Of a DNA stretch of 64,000 nt, positions 51,555-64,000 are shown piece by piece (position 1 is the first letter of the stretch; the number at the start of each line of letters is the position of its first letter). The stretch lies in contig OX597823.1 of assembly GCA_951406725.2 (NCBI GenBank), forward strand, positions 99,448,001 to 99,512,000, written 5' to 3'. A model generated the notes under the pieces. That model searched no databases. It was not told the DNA's origin and saw only the letters and a list, made by a program, of their open reading frames with translations. Made by a program: the position numbers and the translations under genes. Source of the stretch: Octopus vulgaris (lineage: Eukaryota).

Positions 51555-52896
51555 AGCGGGTAACCTTGTGCCTCCCCTACAGAAAGACACCTGTTTCTGT
51601 CTCTCTCTCTCTCTCACTCTGACCTTTCATCATCTGACACAAGGTCACCTCCTCCAATGACCTTTCTCCTCTCAAAAGATTTTTGTCTTACAAGTTACTT
51701 GGTGACCCTGTCAGTTCTGGTGCCATTTAAAAAGCACCCAATCCACACTGTAAAGTGGTTGGCATTCAGAAGGGCATCCAGCTGTAAAAACCTTACCAAA
51801 ACTAACCATGCCTGTGCTTGTGCCATGTAAAAAGCACTAAGTCCACTCTGCTGAGTGGTTGGTGTTAAGAAGGGCATCCAGCTGTAAAAATCCTGGTGTG
51901 TGTGTGTGTGTGTTAATTGTTTTTATGTAAAGTTTTGCCAAAAACAATTTAACTTTAAACTGGAGAATTACTCAATACATTTTTGTAGAGTTCATAGTTC
52001 ATTCTATTACAAGAGGGTTGACTGTAACTTTGAAGTGTTGTTAAACCATCTCACCCATGCCAGCACGGAAAACAGACGTTAAACAATGATGATGATGATG
52101 ATGAAGGTCAGTTGTCCAGTAATTGATCCTATGACCTTGTGATAATGAGCCAAATACTCTTAACCACTTGGTTTTGTGCCTTCATTAACAGGACCATTTT
52201 GCATATAACAAAACAAAAATATTCCAATCTCAAATCCAGTGCGTATGCACTCAGTATGGTCAGGTTATAATCCGAAGCTTTTAATGGTTTTTTTCCATGG
52301 ACACCATTAATATATCAAATTAGAGATGATGTTCTCAGAATCATCCCTTTATTGTTTGGAGCAAAAGACAAACGTTTGTTGATGTTACTCAGTGGTTTCA
52401 TCTGTGGTTTATTCTGTTTTGAAGATTTTACTAACAAATTGTCTACTGAATCCAGTCAGCTTCTCTTCAAGTCGATCTCATTGTTTACAAATCTTTTAGT
52501 CATTCTTTCTCTTTCCGGAAATAAACCTTGCCTTAACTAATGGGTTCTTTAAATGGAAACCGTCAATTTACTCTCCTCACAACTTGCTCTCTTGTGTAAT
52601 TTTCTACATACTCTGCATTATAATTGCTTATTCTTTAACTAGCGTTCTTTACCCTAGTTTAACATAGAAATCAAAATCTAAGCTTGCCAAACTCATAAAG
52701 AAACAAAAGAATTCTTTAAAATTGTTAAACAGTGTTGTAGGAATTTATTTCCAACATATTTTTAATATTTAGAAAGAATTTGAAAGTTGATTTAAAGAAA
52801 TCATCATCAATGAAGTTTTTGAGAAAAAAAACCCCCATCTGTTAATGTTTTGCGCGTATCTGTCAGTTTCACTAGCATTGTGTGTGTGTGTGTGAA

Positions 52897-52944
<48 letters not shown>

Positions 52945-54869
52945 TGGGTACAGGAACCAGCAGAAGCCTTGTGAATGAAATGGTGTTGACAGGACTTGTG
53001 AAAAATATGTGGAAACATATTGGATGGGTTGTGCAATCATTTTACCAATCATTTTACAGAATGTAGTGGGTTCTTTTTTTTATGGTACCTGCACTAGGAA
53101 GGTGTTGTTTCCTTGACAAGACCAAAGGGTTCTCACAGCCTTATACTTTACTCTGCGCACTGAGTACATGTCTTGTGAACCAGCAGTGGAGAGGGATCTA
53201 TGCTCTTGACCAGATTAGAAGGCTTTCATGCCTGTACAATGCCTACTTGCTTACCAGTTTCTTTTCAGAATGAGAAGTGGGAGGGATAAGGTTGCTCAAT
53301 AGTCTGGAATGTACTGCATCACAAAAGGGCTGTGTGTGTGTGTGTGTCTGTGTGTGTGTGTGTAATGTGACACGGATATAAGGAACAAATTCCATCTGAA
53401 AAAGACAATCATTTCCTGCTGACAACTTCAACCACAGGAACCATCACAATGGTGAAATATCTGAGAGAGAGAGAGAGAGACTGGTCAGTGTGGAGTGTTA
53501 AGAAAGAAGCGATATTTTGTTTCTGTGTCAACTTTTTGGAAATGGTTGTGTTTATGAATCAGCTTTGATAACTGAGAATGGATGGGAAATGGTAAAAATT
53601 ATATATGAGTGAATTCCAGAGAATTAATGTAGTAATCAGTATAAGTTGAACTATGTACCATGAAGAGAGAGAGAGGGGGGGTAAAACAAAGAATTTATTC
53701 AAACATGCAGGAAACAGTTTCTGTTTGAACAGATTTTAGAAGAAAAGGCTAGACTAATATTTTTCATTGTCTTTTAGGTATTATTTTATTTATGGACAAA
53801 AAAGGAGTTTGTGTTCTTTGGTACATCTCATCTAATTGGCATTATTCACAACAGTAATTTCTTTGGGATGGATGATGTTTTGTCCTTTGGGGATCCCATA
53901 CTTAAAATCCTTGCCAGGAAGGTCAATGAAAGTTAGGAAAAAGTGGAAAGTTACAAGAAAATCAATTGTCAGTTGAATAACAAAATGAATTTATTTCTCT
54001 TTACTCTGATTTCATTTCGAAACACATCACATACTCTCTGAAAAAAAAAAATAATAAAAGGCAAATACTAACCAATAATAGTTGAAGCAAAACCTGATTC
54101 CATGTCAAACTGACATTTACCATACATTACCTTCAATATATAGATTGAGAGTTTAAAATTCAAGAGAGATTTCTACCTTTTAAAGGCCGTTGTGAGAAAA
54201 CAGTTTCTGAGATTGTGAATTTGATAAAAGAAATATTGAATAAAAATTGCTTTCTCTTGGAAAAAATTGCTTTCTCATAGGTCAAAGATATAACAATAGT
54301 GTCAATTTGGCAACAAGTACAAGGGAGTACAAAGGATATTTAATGAAAAAATCCTCTTGCCATTTCCTTACCATATGGATGTCATACATTGAATTTATGT
54401 GGCATGGATTCAGCAGTGGTGTACGGAAGGAGCAACCTCTCTCCGAACTATTGAAAGTGGCTGTGATATATTTTCCTTTACTTCAAAAAGATGTGACTCT
54501 TAATTTAGATTGTTCTATAATATAACCATGGTTTGTATTTCTGTGTATGTGTGTGTCTCCCTCTCATACATGCATATGTATGTAGAGTACACACACACGC
54601 ACACATTTGTAGATAAATAGAAATGTCTCATCTGACCCCAAAAATCAGATTATACTGCCCCCACTATGTTGGCTCCTAGTGGACAAAAAAAAAAAAATCA
54701 AAAATCATCTTATATTTTGGTCTTATATTTTGAAAGTGTCTAAAATACGTTTTCCTCAAGTGTTTTAGTTGGCTTTGTAAATTTGTTGAAGAACTGTTCT
54801 TATTACTTTTGAAAGCAACCTGTTTCAAATTACCCTAAGAGGAAAATTATTATTGTAGAACTTTTAAAT

Positions 54870-57413
54870 TTCTGTGTGGCATCAAGCCAATTTTTCTGTG
54901 GGGAGTAACCCCAAAAATCTGTGTGTTTGGCGTTGGCCATTTTCTGTAACTTGATGGAGTCTGAAAGTTATACTCTGAAACTGTCACCAGTATCATCGGT
55001 GGAATCACTATTGTCTTGAACTATGCAAACACCAGTCATGTTGCCACAAAATGTGGCAGCATAAAAGAAAAGAAATATGGATGTACCCAGTTTGTCTACC
55101 GGTGAGTCACCCGTGACTCCGTCGGCAGCATCGCCTAAAAGTTTTGCAGCAACAGCTAGAGAGAAAAGAAAAGACATAACTATAGAAAAAAAGAAGTTAC
55201 CAAGTATAAAGAGAAGCTAATAAAGGAGGAGTCAGAGGTCAAAGTGGCCCCTTCAACCTGCATAATGGAAAACCTGAATAAAACAGCTATTGTGTACAAA
55301 ACGTTCAATGTAAAAAGCACAAAAAATAGATAAGGTGTTGGAAGAAGTGGTGGAGAAGTGTCTAAAGCCGATATGGCAAGATATCGCTTACCTAACGAGA
55401 GGAAAAAAGTTTGTGATGATTGAAGTAAGGATGGCTACGGAGGAGATGGCAAAGCATCACTCCACAATAACCTTAAAAACAGAAGACTTCTCCTCCCCAT
55501 GGGGAGGAGAACTTTAAGGATAGCAAATATCCCACCAGAAGTGGATGCTGCTCCTGTTTGAGAAGATTACACTCGTCCAAGCTACTATGGTTACAGAAAA
55601 ACAGAAATGGCAAGGGCAAAGCTTCAATATCATGATACAAGTGGAGCCCCTGACACAAGAAGAGATATGGGAGGTGATTCAGGTGGGAGAGGCCAGATTG
55701 GTTGTCTCTGTAGAAGGACGTAAGACCAGGTGCAAGAAAGACCACTTAAGGGCCGAGTGCAACCCTCCTTAGGAAGAGCTGGATGAGGAAGAAGAGGAGG
55801 AAAAGACGATAACTGAGTCTGCAACACCAACTCCAGAAAGCAGCAGCAAAGAGAAAAGGAAGGGATGGTCAACAGTGAAAAAAAGGATCACTCGAACCTC
55901 CCCTTAAAAACCTACCAACAACAACAACCATAAAATTAAAGGAGCAAAGAATCCACCCATTGAAATGGACAACTTGATGGTGGTGAGAACATCAAACAAC
56001 AGACTACTAAGCCTTTTGGCAGTCGGGGTGACTGCCAAAAGGCATGGCTGAACACTCATCAAAAGACTATCACATCTACCAAATTGACGGAAAAAATAAA
56101 ATAGAATAAAAAATGATTTCAGGGATGATGTAGGCCCATTGCAGAAAGATTTCTTGCCACTAACAACGTGTTTATCGCATCGATCATCATCTACCTCCTA
56201 ACCATCATTCCTTATCTGGCTTTGTGGTTAATCAAGCTGGAAAGACAGCTCTTCTGCTTCTTGTGGAAGGGCTCAAAGTCCCTTGTGAGATGCTCTATTT
56301 GCTGTCAAAAACTGTTAAAAGGTGGACTAGGGATGCCTTAGCTGTTGATGCGCAAACATGTGCTGAGTCTGAGGCATCTGTAGCTCCTCCTGGATGGTAA
56401 ACTGGTGTGGGCTCCATTTGCGCAATGGATGTTTCCTGGTTTCACTAGTTTTGGTGGACAGGAAGCCTAGTTCTTTCATAGATCAAAGTTGGGTACATGG
56501 TTTACTGAGTGTCACAAGGTTCTCCTGCTATTCCATCACTCGGGCAAGGCCAGCAGTGGTGGTTCAACCGCATCTTTTATAGTGGGTTGGTAGAGTCTGA
56601 ACGGGACGATAGTTTTGGGGAAGCCTTGGGTCTCAATGATAATCAGCTAGACAGTCTGTTCCAATGTACATTCAGGCTGAAGACACTGGATAACTTCTAG
56701 AAGTCTCTGGTTTGGCAGTGTTACTGAGGAGCCTTACCTGTTTGGGATAAGCTCACATGACAGAGTTATCCCGGCCCACCAACCTGTCCAAGATGTGAGC
56801 AGGAGAGAGAAACCATCCTGCGTGCTATTGTTCAGTGTTCAGAGGTGTCAGAAGTGTGGGCTTATGCTGAACAACTGTTGTCTGGTACAGGAAGAGTACA
56901 GCTGTCGTGTGAGTCAATTCTAAAAATTGACCCACCTGTTTCCTTAACGAAAGAAGGTAAGAATTGTTTTCTCATTGTAGTAGCAATCATGAAAGAGGTG
57001 ATTTGGAAGTTGAGAATGAAAGGGACAATGACAGGCAGCTTTGTCTTTGACCCTGGTCTGGTGAATTTTTGCGCTTTTCCCCTAAAAAGAAAAGAGAGAA
57101 GATGCTTGTCAGTGAAAATGTTTAAAGATCGATGGATGCATGTAGTACGAGTGCTGTGAGTGAATGAAACCATATAAATGCACCAAAGGACTTATCACTG
57201 GTATCAGTGGGAAAACGGGGCTTGTGGGGTCCAAGCTGAACTCGTTTCTTCATTCCATCTGTATTGTCTCTCGTCTGTTCATCATTGCGTTTGTTTATTA
57301 ATTTTTTATTTTTAAATTCATAAATTTGTGTAAATTCATCCGATTTACCTGTAAATTCATCCGATTGTCCCTCTTATGTCAGTGCCTTGTGGGCAATAAA
57401 AATTCAATTATTA
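54870..57413 (+). mobile_element. Tx1/L1-clade LINE relic lacking the EN and RT domains
   Basis: ORF1 remnants end in a decayed zinc knuckle (RCKKDHLRAEC). They are followed by post-RT motifs FCFLWKG..KGGLGMP and the ORF2 zinc finger CPRCEQERETILRAIVQC..VW. AATAAA lies at the 3' end. Confidence 0.8.
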
Positions 57414-57531
57414 TATTTTGGTCTGTCCAGTTTTATTTTGTCATATTTTATTCTTATACATCCATTCAATACTCAACGACTAACTGAAATTTCCCCATGT
57501 TATGCCTTCCTGGATTTTACCATGAGAAAGG

Positions 57532-57608
57532 AACCCTGAGGAAGGAAATGTTTTTATTTGGATTATTTCCTACACCCCCTTAAAACTTTTCTGGAACAGC
57601 TATAGGTT
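57532..57608 (+). ncRNA. Degenerate type I hammerhead ribozyme motif (Penelope-type)
   Basis: aacc-CTGAGGA-aggaaa..ttttct-GGAA-C-AGCT-A-TA-ggtt: stems I and II can pair, but there are two departures from consensus (GAAA to GGAA, CAGCTG to CAGCTA). Confidence 0.5.
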
Positions 57609-57956
57609 TGGATTGATCCTTTCAATTGCCTCCTTTAATCTATTCTAACTATTTTTTCTACTTTCATGGCACTTCTTATATTTTTTATATATTTTTACGT
57701 TTTTTTTAATGTTTATATTCTTATTTTATATATTTTTATTGTCTATGTCTCGATATAAATATGTGGTTATATGAATGGAATATTATCTCGTGTCATACAT
57801 CAGAATTATAAATTTGCTTGTCTGAATGTTTAAGACAAATATCTGAAATTTTTATCTTATGCCAAATTTTATGTGCATGCATGCACACACACACACATAC
57901 ATGCACTTGCACACACCCACATATACACATACTAACACAAATGCATGCACATACAC

Positions 57957-58004
<48 letters not shown>

Positions 58005-58596
58005 AGAGAGAGAGAGAGAGAGATAAAGGTATTATAGCCAATGAAGACAGTATATCTCTGATCCTATTAATCTTGTCCTTCTGTTTTATAAACTCTGTGA
58101 TACATGAATAATTAGTTATCGCAGGCAATAACAACATAATTAGTGAAGAGAATGCTCTTCTAAAAATAACTCGAAATATCAACGAAGACAATGTAAACAA
58201 AGAAATTTAATGGAATCTAGTAAATCCTGTTAATAGAAGAGGGAAGTAATGGATTAATTAGTTTGTTGTGAGTTAAGCATACTAATTAGCCTCTCTGGAT
58301 ATACAGTGTTCATTTGGTTGTTGTTTATTATTATAAACACTGTCACATAAGCCAGACACTGCTTCTTTGTCTTACATTCTTGGCAAGAACATTTCTTAAT
58401 TGCTAGCCTGGTCTTCTATTGTTGGGAGTAAAAATTATTCCAAAAATCTTAGATTATGAAGGCATTGCAAAGAAGAGGGGTCAGTAGTCCTGACTGGCTA
58501 TTGAAGAGAATTTACTATAAATTGGTCTTTTCGAATGTTTGCTAAAATTCACTATCATCATCATCATCACTGTCCCCTTTTCATTTTCTTGTAATT

Positions 58597-59020
58597 TTCT
58601 TTTATTTGTTTCAGTCATTAGATTGTGGCCATACAGGGGCATCACTTTGAAGAATTTTAGTTAAACAAGTCGACCCCGGTATTTTTTTGTTTTTAAGACG
58701 GGTACTTGTTCTATCGGTCTCTTTTGCTGAACTGCTAATTTACAAGGACGTAAACACACCCACACCAGTTGTCAAGGGATGGTGGGGAAGAAACACAGAC
58801 ACAAAGGCATACACACATTTACATATATACACATGCACACACATACATGCACTCACATACACGACGGGCTTCTTTCAGTTTCTGTCTACCAAATCCACCC
58901 ACAAGGATTTGGTCAGCCTCAGACTATAGTAGACGACACTTGCCCCAAGTTCCTTGCAGGGGACTGAAACCAGAACCATGTGGTTGGGGAGCAAAGTTCT
59001 TACCGCACAGCCATGCCTGC
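58597..59020 (-). mobile_element. tRNA-derived SINE, full length (tail type A)
   Basis: Reverse complement of the 10867-11232 layout. Confidence 0.85.
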
Positions 59021-60236
59021 AGCTACGGACATATTATGGTCTGACTTGCTTCCCATTGGGAGCGGCAGATCTCAAATACTAGGCCCTCCATCATGTTACT
59101 TAACTTGGTTTCTACAGCTGGATGCGTTTCCAAACACCAACCATTTTGCAGAGTATACAAACGCTGGAAATGGAGAGACTGAATAATCCTTCATATGTCT
59201 TTATTGCCCACAAGGGGCTAAACATAGAGGGGACAAACAAGGACAAGCAAAGGCATTATGTCGATTACATCGACCCCAATGCATAACTGGTACTTAATTT
59301 ATCGACCCTGAAAGGATGAAAGGCAAAGTCGATCTCGGCGGAATTTAAATAATCCTTCATGGCACAACACTAGATGGACCTCATAAGACTTGATCTCACA
59401 ACCTTGCACTTTTTCTGCTCCTTTAGCTGACCACTTTACAGTGTGAACAGTTGGTTGGGTTGAGGGACATTGTGTGCACAGACTAAAACTAATTAAAACC
59501 AGCATATTTTAACTTAGTATTTCATGTTATATAAACTATAAAAGCTTCATAAAGCTCTCTCTCTCTCTCTTTTCTCTCTCTCTCTCTCTCTGTATGAGAA
59601 GTATGCATCCTTTCTAATTTTGTTATCAGTTTTGTTTAGAATGTAATGACAATTACAAGATAAAAATCTATATTGATCTTTGGAGTATATTCTTTGAAAT
59701 AGTTTTTGTTTTTTATTCAGTGACTTGAAAAGGGTCTAGTAACTATAGAACAAAATGCTTGATGCTGGTAAAATACCAATTGTAGGCAAACAGCATTGAA
59801 ATTATATTGCAACACAAATCAATTCTTCTGTAGTGTAATCTGGAATTCAACTTGAGTTTCTCTTCCTTTCCAATAGCCCTATATGCAAGCAATTCATATC
59901 ACTCTGCAATGAAATGGTTACAATCAATAATTCCTTACACTTCTACTGAGAAGTAGGGAGCTTTCAGAGTATGAGTTTGTATTGGATGGAGAAAATAGCA
60001 TAATATTTTTTTAGAAACATTACAAAACAAAGATATAATCCATTGTAAAATATCAAATTCATATTAAAATGCACAGGCATAGATTAGTAAAATGACATGT
60101 AGACGTAACAACAGTAAATTCATACATGCATATCTATAACGTTCTCTATGCTATGCTGCAAATGGTTGTGCAACTTTATTATAATTTGCTTTTAATGATT
60201 AGTTTTAAACTAATACAAGTTGGATGGTACTGCAAA

Positions 60237-60273
<37 letters not shown>

Positions 60274-62199
60274 GAGAGAAAGAGAGGTTTCTGTGTACTT
60301 ACACAGATATTGTTATAGTTTAATGAATTTCCCTAATACAAACCTTATCTATGAAGTGGAAGTGTTGCTTAGATTTTTCATTTGTTAGAGACAGTATGTT
60401 GAGTTAAATAAACATTTTGAATTTTGGAGGATTTGGCTTGTAGAATGTATTCATTTAAAGATTTAGCAGTTGTTCTTAACAGAATATGTTAATTTCTTAG
60501 AAGCAGCTTAAATTCTATAAGGATTTGTTAGCAGAAATTCGAGAAAGGCAGGTCTTTTCTCAAAGCAAAATAAGTGGAGCACTTGAAATCTAAGAAGTGA
60601 TTTCTGATTGGTTTTGTTGGGAAATTACTGAAGGGTGCCATCATGTGAGGTGCTTTAGAGCAAGTGGTGATCTTTTGGTGAAGGAGATTACTCATTTCAT
60701 TTGATACCCGCATAGCTGTGTGATTAAGAGGACCACTTCAAAGCCATATGGTTTCAGGTTCAGTTCCACTGCACAGCACCTTCAGTGAGTGTCTTCTACT
60801 ATAGCACTGGACCAAATAATGTCTTCAGAGTAAATCTGGTTGATACATCAACCAAATTTGGTTGATGTATCAAATTTGATATAAAATCTGTATAAAACAA
60901 ATTGAATATCATCATTGTTTATTATTCCTTATCCATTTCCATGTTGGAATGGGTTCAACAATATCTGATGAGTTGGGAGACTGTGTCAAGCTCCATAGGG
61001 ATGTATGAGTGTGTGTGTGTGTGTGCACATGTATATATGCACATGCTTGTGTATCTATGTGTTGGTTTACATTTGTGTTTCTGGGAAATCACTCAGCTAC
61101 AAATGGTGACATTATTGTTGGTTCTCCTTGAATCTACTCAGGTCAACTTTTCCTCTCATCCTTTTGGGTTCAATAGAACAATTACCAGTAGGGGACTGTG
61201 TCAATGTTTTTGACTGACCCTCTTCTCCCAAGTTACAGTCCTAAAGTAGAAAAAAACTATTGTCACTTCTGTCAACAAATTGTCAGTTAGTTCCGTACTT
61301 TTGAAGATGTATGTAATGAGATTCTTTAGTTGGGAAACAGGTAAGAGTTAGAGCCAAGAAGGGCATTCACCTGTAAAACAAGCCTCAATAATATACATTT
61401 TTTTAACCCCTGAAAGCATGGAAAAATTAATGAAAAAAATTAACAGTTAATGATCTTTAAAAAAACAAACTTCACATAAACTCATTCCCTTTCCTTATAA
61501 ATTTGTGTCCTTGTACTTAACTAAGACGACCTCCATATTTGTGTTATTCAGTTTTCTGTCTTCTTCCTCACTGACATTAAATTTGCTTTTTCTTCTCTCA
61601 TAAATTTGAAAAAAACATCCTGAAGTGAATTGAAGTGATTATTAATAAATGTTCATTAATAAATGTTTATTAATAATTTAACTTCAAACAAATTCTGCTG
61701 TAGACTTATAAAGCATTGGATTAAAAACATTTTAGATGGAGAAAAAGCTGTGGGATTTGAACCACAACAGCTTTTGTAACCTAGGCAGCTGAATCTGTGT
61801 TGAGGTATATCATTAATAAAAGACTTATGAACATAATTCTAGGTGCTTCAACATTTCAAAGCGTTTCAATAGGATTATCTTTTATCTTTTGCAACTGGAG
61901 TTTTGTGCTTCGTCAAGGCATTCTGTCATAGAAAATATGTATTCAGTTGATTTTTTTTTATTAATTATAAAATTATTAGTTTATATTCATTACAAAATGT
62001 TGCCATTACTTCAAGCCCCTTTGTCAATGAAGTTAAATCCCATCATCTCAGCCATTGTGTAACTTTATTGCCTTTCCATGAATGTCTCTTCTGATTGCAA
62101 CCTCTTTATATTTAACATTACGTTATCTTCGTGTTTTCTTCATTTCATCACCATAACAATTGCATCCAACTTCAGCCGATCACTGCTCCAACATCCTCC

Positions 62200-62238
62200 C
62201 TACTTTCAACTCCAGCACAAGTGATGACTTTTTTCCCA

Positions 62239-62291
<53 letters not shown>

Positions 62292-62345
62292 ATTATTATC
62301 ATTATTATTATTATCATTATTGCTACTACTACTACTACTACAACA
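62200..62345. repeat. (ATT)n/(CTA)n microsatellite
   Basis: Directly visible. Confidence 0.95.
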
Positions 62346-64000
62346 ACCATGAAAGCAGTGAACTGATAGAATTGTTAACATGCCACAAGAAGTTGTTAGT
62401 GGTATTTATTTCATCTGTTTACACATTCTGAGTTCAAATTCTGTCAAGGTCAACTTTGCCTTCTATCCATTTGGGGTTGATAAATTAAGTACCAGTTGCG
62501 TACTGTGGTTAATGTAATTCACTATATCCTACCCCCCACATTTCAGGCCTTGTGCCTATATAAGAAAGGATAATTATTATTACCATGGCAAACATTACAA
62601 TAATGACTCCAAGCACCTTTATTACTAACGATGCTGCTCCTGCCATTATTCTAACTTGTGATCACTGCAGGTATCCTCATCACCACTAAAAAGGATAATA
62701 GCCTCCATTACATCATCATTACCTATATCACTCAATAGTTTTATTTAAAAATGATTTAAGAATTGAATTAATGCCATAATATTCCTAATTAAATATCTGT
62801 ACGTGCAATTATTTATGTTATGGCCCACCATTGGTCTCATACGATAAAAGACATAATGGTTCATTGAGCAAAGTCCTGTTTGATGGTCCTTCTGCTTGTG
62901 AGTGTCCATCTCACAAAAAATATTACATTTAATTTATAAGCAAGTTATTTAGTTTTCTCACTCTACAATAGTCTTAAAATCATACATATTGCAGTTATTT
63001 CTTTGTTTTGTAGAAAGTATTTAGGATAATGCTATCTCCATAATATCTTGCTTAGATAATCGTTTGTTCAAAATTTAATTAAGCACGAGCACATATTTGG
63101 ATAATTTCAATCAAAGGTATTGCTTTTCAACTGATTCTTAAATTCACAATAATCCTAAATAAGATTAACAATGCACATTTCTGTGTCAAAGACCCTACAT
63201 AGGCCAGTTATCAAAGCCATCGAAACTAAAATAGATTTGTCTATTAATACCACTGCCACTGCCATAGTCACTACCGAAAACAAAAAATAGCCACAACAAC
63301 TACATTATTCATTTGGCAGTTTATTGTCCAAGAATGACCATCTTTCCAACTGCAGCTCAAATGATTGCAACAGCAAAATGTAATTCAGCATAAAGTGTTA
63401 TGGATTTGGAAGGAATCCAAAAACGATGTGAATTGATTGTTTGAAGCAGATATGGAAAATTTTACTGGAAAGGAATAGTAATAGAGAAATGCTGCTCCCT
63501 TTGTTTTTTTCCAACTTGTTTCTATTTATTTTCATCTGGGAGATAAATATATTTTAGTCTATTAAGAGTGTATCTGAAACATATATATATATTTGTGTAT
63601 CTATATTGGTGCATTACATCTGGTATTGGAAACATTTCATTACCCCACCCCTACATCCTACCTATACTGCCTTACTGGCTATTTGATATCAACATCCATC
63701 ACTCATTCTCGTCATTAATCCACCTCTTGCAGTCCATTCTTTCCTCAGCCCTATCCGTGCTAATTCTGGTGCCACAATCAAATCCATTCAGTACACTCTG
63801 CTTTGTGTAGGCATTTGAGAATCCTTTAATCCTGTTAAAGACATAATAGTGCCGGCACCACGAAAAAATGCATCGAGTACACTTTGTAAAATGACTGGCA
63901 TTTGAAAGGACATTCAGCTGTCGAATCCATGCCAGAAATGGAACTTACAAGTGATTCCCCCAACCCATCAGTGAGAGCCGGCTGATCTTGTTGAACCTAT

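Noticed and set aside
52310-52535. Minus-strand ~70-codon frame with one internal TGA (readthrough or selenocysteine?)
   Set aside because: No recognisable homology or SECIS element, and compatible with chance.

Overview
AT-rich eukaryotic DNA, dense in microsatellites and repeats. The SINE families, RTE LINE and (CAT)n/(TA)n/(CA)n load point to a coleoid cephalopod, probably Octopus (inferred from recognised repeats, not from a search). I cannot support any host protein-coding exon, so the window reads as intronic or intergenic. It holds one young, 5'-truncated RTE LINE with a PHD-type zinc finger after its RT domain. It also holds decayed DNA transposons (DD41D, Tc1, three mariners, hAT, piggyBac, Chapaev-like), decayed LINEs (CR1, Tx1/L1, CRE, Penelope), MITEs, fold-backs and many tRNA-derived SINEs. 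The points most worth following up are: Penelope-type hammerhead ribozyme relics; a SINE split by about 4.7 kb of nested insertions; SINEs sharing one head but carrying two alternative tails; templated inverted duplications at element breakpoints; an RFX X-box shared with a mariner terminus; and a pre-miRNA-sized hairpin. I found no convincing wholly new system.
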